DNA from: Chara braunii
Taxonomy: Eukaryota; Plantae; Charophyceae
Assembly: GCA_003427395.1 (NCBI GenBank)
Contig: BFEA01000011.1
Location: 1,947,229-2,011,228 of the forward strand
DNA length: 64,000 bases
Reading direction: 5' to 3'
A model generated the notes under the pieces. That model searched no databases, was not told the origin of the DNA, and worked only from the letters and a program-made list of their open reading frames with translations. The position numbers and the translations under genes were made by a program. Below are positions 55,058 through 64,000 of this stretch, piece by piece; position 1 is the stretch's first letter, and every line of letters begins with the position of its first letter.

Positions 55058-56768
55058 GGCTGAGCTCCTCTAAGTTGATGTGGACTGAGTGCTATGTTTA
55101 TTTATGTTTGTTGGGCTGACTGTATGAGCTTTGAGGGCTGGGCCTATCCTAAGTTGGACGGACCAGTCGCTGTTTTTTTTCTGGGGGTTTCTGAACAGGA
55201 GGATGGTCACCCTAAGTTGGGAAGACTCAGAATCCTGATGTTTCTTTTGGGGGTTGTTGAAAGCGGAGCTGGGAATATTCTAAGTTGCGTACACCCAGTT
55301 CTGTGTGTGTTTTCTTTTGAGGGGGACAAAGGCATAAGGCTGAGCGTACCCTTAAGTTAGGGCGGCTCAGTCATAAGCCATGAACAAAAAAGTCAACCAA
55401 AATATAGAATTTTGATGTATATTATATAAACTTATATTGTCTGGCAGACCGGGCGCCCTAAGTTGGGAAAGCCAGTCCGTAAATCAGGTAGAAAAAAAAG
55501 AAAAGAGAAGCAAGTGAAGAATATAATAGAGGTAATTCGGCCAGGCTGAGCATATCCTTAAGTTAGGGCGGTTCAGTCTTATGCTCGTGATAATATGAAG
55601 GGGCAGAGAGTTAGTATAAATCTTCTTTTATTTTCCCTTTTAAACACAAGGCGGGATTGAATGTCTCCCTAAGTTGGGTAGGTCTGATCGTCTGCCTAAT
55701 AAGAGAGAAAAATATAAAATTTATGCAAGTATATCAATGGTTGTTCTCTTATATTGTCGTTGCGGAGACTAAACATACCCTTAAGTTAGGGCGGCTTAGT
55801 CATACGTCGTTCGTGATTGTTTAGGCAGATCAGACGTACCCTTAAGTTAGAGCGGCCTTGTCATATTGTCTTATGTACCTAAAACTGTCTAAGCTAGCTA
55901 GGCGTATCCTTAAGTTAGGGTGGCCTGGTGATATGCTCTTGTCGTTGATGTTATGTAGGTTGGACGTACCCTTAAGTTAGGGCGGTCTGACCATTCGTCG
56001 TTCATATTTGTTTTAGGGAGGTTAGGCACACCCCTAAGTTGGGGCAGCCTAATCCTATGCCCTACGTAACTTTGTCTAAAGCTGACTAGGCATACCAAGT
56101 TAGGACAATTTAGTTTTATGCTTCATGTCGTTAGTTAAGTAGAAGCTAGATGTACCCTCAAATTAGGGCGGCCTGGTTATATGTTTTATGACTAGAGTCG
56201 ATGTGGTGTTGGACATACCCTTAAGTTAGGACAGTTCAGTTGTGTGTACCTTTACTTGTTTACTTAGGCAGGTTGGACATACCCTTAAGTTCACAAGCGG
56301 TTCTCGGGTAGCTGAAAATTCAAGAATGAAAATTCTGAAGTGAGAGTTTTGGGCAGTCTGAAAATCCTGAATGGTCATGAAGTGGTGAAAGGTCTGAAGA
56401 CCTTGAAAACCACTTGTTTAGGCAGACTGCATCCTGAAGTGGTGAACGGTGTCCTGAAGTGGTCAAGTGAGAGTTTTGGGCAGTCTGAAAATCCTGAATG
56501 GTCCTGAAGTGGTGGAACGTCCGAAGACCATGAAAACCACCCTTCACCACTCGAGAATGCAGTCTGCCTAAACATATGGGTTTCAGGGTCTTCGGAGTTT
56601 TCAACACTTCAAGGTCATTCATGATTTTCAGACCTGAATGGTCCTGAAGTGGTGAAAGGTCCGAAGACCCTGAAAACCACCTGTTTAGGCAGACTGCATC
56701 CTGAAGTGGTAATGAAAAATATGACTGTTGTTAACCTTCTCTCCTTAAGTTAGGGCATTGTCTGATCA
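55058..56768 (+). repeat. Array of 17 ~35-nt stem-loops with a conserved TAAGTT loop, separated by variable AT-rich spacers (last unit split by a MITE)
   Basis: Loops at 55071, 55150, 55213, 55281, 55353, 55459, 55559, 55670, 55782, 55843, 55911, 55973, 56035, 56096, 56159, 56222 and 56286; compensatory stem substitutions. Confidence 0.85.
56292..56743 (+). mobile_element. MITE copy 4, 8-bp TSD
   Basis: TSD CTTAAGTT (56284-56291 and 56744-56751). Confidence 0.93.
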
Positions 56769-59700
56769 TATGTCATAGGCAAGGGGGTCTACTAAGGGGG
56801 AAAAAACTGAGTGATGTAACGAACTACTTGGGTTAATGTGGGACTGCGAGAGATGTTTGTTTATGCATACATGTGGGGTCTCACTCTGGGGTGTCTTTTC
56901 GATAGGATAGTTGCTTTAGACGCTCGCCAAGTGCTGGAGCCATATGTAGATGAAATGGATGGTGGGAGAGAGAACTTGGGATAAAGATAGGACTGACCCT
57001 GCTAGGAATTAGGATCAGGGCTAGCTCACAATCTCATCTAGAGGTCGTGTGGGCTGTCACTGCTTCTAAATCATCAAGCAGGTGTCAGAAGATAGTCTCA
57101 AGTATAACTTGCTTTGCCTTTCTGTCTTTCAACTTTGTATAAATCTTGACATCCTCCTGTTCCTACGGGAAGTGCTGCCGAAATTTCTACAAATCTGAAA
57201 GGGTTAGTCATTTTTGGGCTCGTAAAAAAATTAGAAAGACATTTTTCATACAGGAAGCGCTGCCGAAATTTCGTAGAATTTGAGGAGTTAGAATATTTTT
57301 CAGCTAGGAGCTACCTAACAGATCCGTCTTGAATGGAGGAGAAACTCAGTGACCTGGTACTAGTAAGGGGAGTTGACGATGGGAATAGTAGAGGAATTAG
57401 GATTACGACTTGGGGAGTATTCTCCTTTTGGGCATGAACGTAGTAATATTTCTCTTTGGCCTGTACTGTGATGCAGGTTTCCATAATTCGCTTGAAGGCT
57501 TGATCTCTTCAGCCTGATCCTTCAAAAAAATCACTCTTCTGTTATCGCTGATAACAGGTCGGTTGCCGATTCGTCGGTTTACGACTCAATTTTCCTATTT
57601 CTCCTGCCTCTCAACCTAAGGCCTTGGTCCTTGCCAGGATTTATGTGTTTCTTTGGGTTTTCGCACAGTTTCTTTATAAATGGTCATTTTTTAAGGACTG
57701 AGTATTTTTGTTATTGAGGATTGGTGGGGAAATGGTTGGGCTTGTGTGCATAAGGCAGAGTGTGAGCTGCAGAAGGTTGGAAAGTTGACCCCTTTAGCGT
57801 GTGCAATGTTGTTTGAATGTTGTGCATATGATTGCAGGTATGTATGGGAGAACCTCGATTGAGTCTTGTTGAGTGATTATGTTTTGGATTCAGATGGGCA
57901 AACCACACAACTATCGTGAGAGTGAAGTACCCCATAATGTTTTGTTTGAGTGAGATTGTTCTTTTCCCATCCTGATAATGTGATAGTCGAGGTAAGCGTA
58001 CGCTCGGGTAACCCTCATAGGGCTATGCAACCGCACACCTACGTTTTTCTTTACTGAATGGTTTTATTTGGTCGGACGTTAGTCCCGAGCCTGGAATTCG
58101 AGGTCCTTGTCCAGGACGTCCTGGGTCCCAGGCTCGACGCAGAAGGGGTTACCCCTCAGGCTAAGTTACTTGCTCGCACGACGCTGTTCCGAGGAAACAG
58201 AAGCGCCGCGAGGCTGAGGGACGGTCCCCAGCAACTCGGTCCGGTGGGGTGTTCACGTTTATCCCACCAACGTCAAATGTCCCTTTGTTTTTTTTTTTCT
58301 TGTTTTAATTTAATTTGGTGGAACGATAAAGTTCCGGGCGGAAGGATTAGCGTGTCGCTGGTGGTGCGCCAAACAACTCACCACCGCTCCGAATCCCGTC
58401 CTGCTCTATGGACCATCTTACCCTGCACCCTTTGGGGCACCACAGAGTGCAGAAGACGGTAAGACCCTCAGACCGGTTTTGCGCTCGCTAAAGGTTTACC
58501 CCCCTTAGCGCGCAATTCAGCCGACGCCTTAGCGTCGAGAGCGACCCTATGGCTCAGATAAGGCCACTCGGGTATGGACACCATATAATGCGCCGTCATG
58601 ACGACTGCTTACGTATGATTGCATTGTTGCTAGGTATGTTTAGGTCCTACGTCCGCGCGATTTTATACTAAACCACACGCGCATCACTTACCGATTTCCG
58701 CGCCTGAAAGCTATGGGTCAAGCGAAAAGGGCAAAAGCGCGTTATGGCCAGTAGACCCGAGTTTCGGTAGCACGGAACGACTCGTGGGCGAGGTATCAGT
58801 CCTAGTCGGCCTATGGGGATCCGTGTACGAGACTCCAACGTCTCGAACATCAGGTTGCCTATGGATCCGATTTTGGGCTCCATCCGCACGCACCTTCCGT
58901 GTTGGTCTGCCGTTTGATAAGGCCTACCAGACTATACAAGGGGGGCTATGGGTTAGGCAGAGAGAGAGAAGAGGGCGAGCCTCTTTCTCTATGTGCGGTC
59001 GCTTCCTCCTTTGAGTTTTCATAGTTGGACGTTGTAGTCCGCGACAGCCGTCAAAGTCAAACCCCTTGATTTTGGCTACCACGACAACCCTGAAGTTGTC
59101 TACTCAACCCCTCTACACTGGGTGCAGAAGAGGGTGTGGTCTTCAACCGCGCATGACGATTGCCTAGCGTCGAGAGGGTAACTCCTCAACGCGCTTGTCA
59201 ACCGACACTTGGGTGTCGAACACGACCCTCGAGATTATCAAGGGTCGCGCGAGTACGAGTACTACGTAGTACCCCATTAGCGCGAACGCTTGCGTATGCC
59301 CGCATGGATGGTCGATACGAGGAGGACATGCGCTCGCACGACTCTTATACGAAAATCCAGCGCGCGATACCTATCTGATTCTCGCGGCATAAAGTTATGG
59401 GCTGGATACTGAAGGGACTAGGAGTATCGTGGCGTTGTTGGGTTGTTGTATCGTGTACTTCTGGATGTGAGGGTTGTGGTGTAACGCGTGGTGTGTGTGA
59501 TGCGTCCTAGTCGACTGGCGTCGAGTCGCGTTTGGGACCTCAGCCCCCAGTGCATCGATTCGCGTGCGGGTTCGATCTTTGGGCGTTCGATCACACGTAA
59601 CCTTTATGCCGAACGAGAAACGCCCTCGGTTGGGCCACCTCTGCAATTGCATACGAAAAACCTTCGCATGTGGTTCAGTAGCTCGGCGGGGATACGCCCA

Positions 59701-62700
59701 TCTAAGGGATGGTGACAGCTCCTGCAGGTGGAGGTAAGCGGTGCCTCGCGTGACCCTGTCCTGTCGTAGGGGTTCGCGAGAGGTACGGCTGGCGCACTCG
59801 GTCGGAGCGGCAAACGCTCTCCGTGACAGACGCGGCCGGGAGGGTCCCCGTGCGGGACCAATGCGCCCGACAGCGCGCGAGGCGCAAGAAAGACAAGGGA
59901 GAAGGGTCACAAGGGGGCGGCAAAACGCCCAAGGAACGTGGGACACCTTGGGGGAAGGCACGCGGGGCTACGTAGGACTAAGTAAAAATAGTGGCATTCG
60001 GGGCGAAATGTATCGGGGACCACCGGCGGGACTATGTGTCGGGGACCACTGACATGACTAAGTGTTGGGAACCACCGACATGACTAAGTGTCAGGAACCA
60101 CCAGCGGGACTAAGTGTCGGGGACCACCGACGGGTTGAATGACGAGAACATGTGAAAGTCCCAAGAAGAAACGACGGCACCTCATGAGGGAAAATAACAA
60201 AGGCAAGGTGCACCGTCAAGATCGAGATCTTGACGACCAAGAATATTAGCACCATTGGGAGAAAATGGAGAGGCAGAAAAAAAAAAAAAAAAAAAAAACA
60301 TGAAGCCGGAGGCCTGGGAGCAATCCGAAAAATCTCGGATCAACGTCCCTCAAGAAAATGGAGTCAAAAGAGACGCCATGTGAAAAATAGGCCTCCGGGA
60401 GAAAATCGGAGTAGGAGGGGCCATTGTGGGAGAAAGGTAGGAGTAAAAGGAAGCTCACATGGGCATGAGAAGGCCATTATTGCAGTCCGAGATATATCGG
60501 ACTGCACCTTAGGCATGGGAAGGGTCAAAACTAAGAGGAAGGGCCTAGAAAGCGCCTTAACGGCCACTTGACACCTGTCATGCTAAAAAAAAAAGAGAAA
60601 AGAAAAGAAAATGTGGGGGAATAAGACAAAAAGAGTGAGAGGGAGTGAGTGAGTTGGCCATCAGTAGGGACTGCCACAAGTAGGGACTGACAGGTCTCCA
60701 CTGTCCAAGAAAGGCGGAAAAAAAAAAGAAAATAAAAAAGAAAAGAAAAGAAAAGATAAAAATGCCTTAACGGTAAAAAACGGTCACTTGGGGAGATACA
60801 TCCGTGACCAGATTCATTCTGGAATATAGCGGTTATAATAGACTTTGATTTTCATTGATTTTTGCAGAGAAAATCAAAGAAAATCAAGGCCCTATGCAAC
60901 CGAAATAAAACGGATTACATGGGGAGGAGAAACACATGTTTTAGATGCATCCGAAGCCAAAATTGAGTCCGGATGCACTTGGGAGTTGACCGTTTCTTTT
61001 TCCTTTGAGTAAGGGCTAGTTGTGGGGCATTGGGGCTAGGGAATTGAACCCTATTGCAGTCCGAGTTGCAATGGACTGCATTGGGGAGGAAAAACACATG
61101 TTTTAGGTGCATCCGGAGCGAATATTGAGCCCGGATGCACTTAGAAATCAAACGCTTCATTTTTTTTTAGCATGGGACAAGTTGTGGGGCTGTGGGACTA
61201 GAAGAATGACTGTGGCTGCAGTCCGAGAAATAACGGACTGCATGGGGGTACCTAGGGGAAGGGAAAATGAGCCACGACAAGCCCAAATGGCTAGAAAGAA
61301 GCAATTTCGGCATGGGGCATCTCGAGACGATGAATGACAACCGTGAGATGAGATCCCAATACCGAGAAAAGTCGGCACACATGTAGAGATGCTAAAACAA
61401 CCAAGGGCAAGAGGACCCCGAAAATAAAATGAGACACTGTCCGGAATTTTGCTGGGGACTAAGTGGGTCCAAATAATAAAAGTCGAAAAATGAGACACGC
61501 GCCGGCGGGACAAGAAAATGGAACTAGTACGGAGGAAGAGTGGCGGGGACTTGAGATGTCCCAAAGGAACCATGAACAATCACAAGGGATAATGGTGCAA
61601 ACAAATGACACCGTTGAGATCAAGGATCTAGACGGTGAGAAATATTAGCACCACTAGTGCAAACACTAGTGAGGGCAAGTGGGAGAGTCGTGAGGAGAAA
61701 AGGAAGTGAAATAATGATGTTGGGAGGGCTGCCCAGCAGTCCAAAATATCTCGGACTAGCTAGGCATGAGAAAATAGAGTCTCAAGAAGCTCAACATGAG
61801 AAAAAGGTTGTCCTTAGAAAATCGGAGCAAAATGGAGTCCTTTAGGAGCATGGGGATGCCCTTGTTGAAATCCGAGATATAACGACCAAGTACCAGCCAT
61901 GAACCTGGCCTCGAATGAGGCCCTAAGGCCTAGAAAGAGGGTGAAAAACAGTTTGACACTTGTCACAACTTAAATAAAACAAAAAGAAAGAAAAATGAGA
62001 AAAATTAGGGAGAATGGGACAAAAAGGGAGAAAAGAGTGGAGGAGAGTGTGTCGGCCTATTGAGACCTGCATAGTAGGGACTAGCAGGTCCCAACTGTGA
62101 GCTCATCCCTCCTGAATGAGGGAGGGCAACCCGGATTGCAGAGATATGACCCTTGGGGCCATATCGCAACAAAATCTGAATTAAAAAGAAGAAAATGAAA
62201 GAAAATACAAAAGAGAAATGACCGGTTTTCTTTTGGACCATGGATTTGAGATCAGATCTCATGGTGGAGAGGAACTAGCCGTTTTCTGTGGACCAGCTGA
62301 AAACAGTTAGCTCCGGAATAAGGTGGCAACCCAAAATGGAAATAAACAAAAGAAGGAAAATGACAAAACTGTGCCTTTGACCTAAAAGAAGAGCCAGATG
62401 CACCAAAAATTGAAAAAGTGGACTTAGGAGCTCAAATTTGAAGCAAGGGCTACTTGGGGGTAGCACGAAATATTGCTGGCCTTGGATCTCAGCCAGATCC
62501 AAGGTTGAAAATGTGCCGCTCCATGGGAAAATATCTCGGCCTACAAAAAATGGGGTTCAAACTGAAAAAATTGAGAAAAAGACTCACTAGGTTTTTTTCT
62601 CTCAAGTAAAGTTGCCCCTTGGGCATTAGGACCCAAGGGGGCAACATTGTTGAGGTGAAAAGGAGACCGAAGTAGTCCAAGAGGAAATCCAAGTTAGTAC

Positions 62701-63306
62701 CAACCACTCAGACTGCATGTACTTGGCCAAAAAGAGGCCCGGGTACCTCCAGAAGGGCCGAGTGGGAGAATTTTGCTTTGGGGGTACCTCGGTTCACCTC
62801 AAGGCACATGGGGAGGCCCATGGGCTGACCAGACTGCTGGTTTCAGCCTACATAAGCTGAGAATTCAGTCTGCCACTTTCACAATTGTATGACGAATGCC
62901 CATGCTGCCCAAATGAGCTCATAGGAACACTCTTTCACTTGGAGAGAGGAGAGGGGAACCCATGTAAGTTTAGGAGCTTGGTGAAGGCCATGAGTTAGGG
63001 AGAGGAGCTCTAGATACTAGTGGTAGTGAGGCTGGCCCTAGGGACGTGATCCGCCATAGCCCCCTGGGTGTGAGGAAGAAAGAAAGGCTAGAAGGAGTCT
63101 CATTTGCCCTCCTAGAGGGGAAGACTCCATAGCTATGGTAATTGAAGCTTGTAGTAACTTGAGAGAAAGTGAGAGAGGAAGGAGAGAGGCTTGAAGAAGA
63201 AGGAGGTCAAAGCCAAGAGGGTGTTTTGTGCAAGGAGGAAGAAGTCTCATCCAGATAGAGACTCCATCTCCAAGACATTAACAAGGTGAGTGGAAGGACG
63301 ATGATG

Positions 63307-63572
63307 TTTCTTCTTCTTCTTCTTCTTCCTTTTCTTCTTCTTCCCCTTCTCCTTCTTCTTCCCCTTCTCCTTCTTCTTCTTCTTCTTCTTCTTCTTCCTT
63401 TTCTTCTTCTTCTCCTTCTCCTTCTTCTTCTTCTTCTTCTTCTTTCTCCTCCTCCTCTTCTTCTTTTTCTTCCTTTTCTTCTTCTTCCCCTTCTTCTTCT
63501 TCTTCTTCTTCTTCATCTTCTTCTTCTTCTTCTTTTATTTTTTCTCATTTTTCTTCTTCATCTTCTTCTTCC
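63307..63572. repeat. (CTT)n microsatellite tract
   Basis: Direct. Confidence 0.95.
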
Positions 63573-63576
63573 TAAT

Positions 63577-64000
63577 GAGCTACTCAAACTTTTGTTTTTC
63601 ACTCATACACTAGTAGGTAGTGCTCCGATTCTTCTATGGATAATCTTATGCTCAACACTTGTGATTTGGGCTAATCAAACTCTCACTCACACACTAGTAG
63701 GTAGTGCTCCGATTCTTCTATGGATAATCTTATGCTCAACACTTGTGATTTGGGTTAATCAAACTCTTGTTTTTCACTCACACACTAGTAGGTAGTGGTC
63801 CAATTCTTCTATGGATGATCTCATGCTCAACACTTGTGATTTGGGCTACTCAAACTCTTGTTTTTCACTTACACACTAGTAGGTAGTGTTCCGATTCTTT
63901 TACGGATGATCTCATGCTCAACACTTGTAATTTGGGTTACTCAAACTCTTGTTTTTCACTCACAGACTAGTAGGTAGTGCTCCGATTCTTCTATGGATGA
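63577..64000. repeat. 91-bp satellite in the element C LTR (>=4.5 copies)
   Basis: GGTAGTG.TCC at 63616, 63700, 63791, 63882 and 63973. Confidence 0.92.

Larger units (their letters stand above)
50089..59872. mobile_element. Element D: 9.78-kb non-coding solo-LTR-like insertion
   Basis: Termini TGTCGG...CCGACA. TSD GCGC (50085-50088 and 59873-59876). Removing it restores the empty site seen at 41879-41900. Confidence 0.9.
49660..64000 (+). mobile_element. Element C: LTR of the element-A family (more diverged), interrupted by D and running off the window
   Basis: Starts TGTCGGGACTGGTGGGTCCCGAATA. 49660-50088 joined to 59877-63300 is colinear with 7350-11370. Confidence 0.88.

Noticed and set aside
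55058-56768. Calling the hairpin array a CRISPR array
   Set aside because: The repeats are not identical, spacer lengths vary about 3-fold, there are no cas genes, and the context is a eukaryotic retroelement. It is kept only as a structured-repeat finding.

Overview
Eukaryotic, essentially gene-free, repeat-saturated DNA. The element families resemble those of the streptophyte alga Chara braunii (an impression, not verified). No host gene is supportable. The window is a nest of mobile elements. (1) 1-7349: a modular (CA)n-associated repeat family with a ~1.1-kb foldback, a 305-N gap, and a probable Penelope-like retroelement remnant (2193-~6870) carrying two hammerhead ribozymes and a CCHC/coiled-coil ORF. 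(2) Element A (7350-44906): a giant, decayed Ty3/Gypsy element with a ~9.7-kb satellite-filled 5' LTR, a tRNA-Ala-like PBS, three paralogous extra ORFs before gag, gag-PR-RT-RH-INT, a 3' ORF, tandem arrays, a PPT and a truncated 3' LTR. (3) Two TGTCG...CGACA-bounded solo-LTR-like insertions with 4-bp TSDs: E (23436-30997, inside gag) and D (50089-59872). (4) B (44907-49659), a relative of D, and C (49660 to the window end), a relative of A's LTR; the two families are reciprocally nested. (5) Four copies of a ~450-630-bp non-autonomous DNA transposon with 8-bp TSDs. A Nextera mate-pair junction adapter at 28579-28616 is an assembly artefact. The most striking unexplained signal is an array of 17 stem-loops with a conserved TAAGTT loop and compensatory stem changes (55058-56768) inside D, just downstream of a conserved multi-hairpin block that has a palindromic loop.
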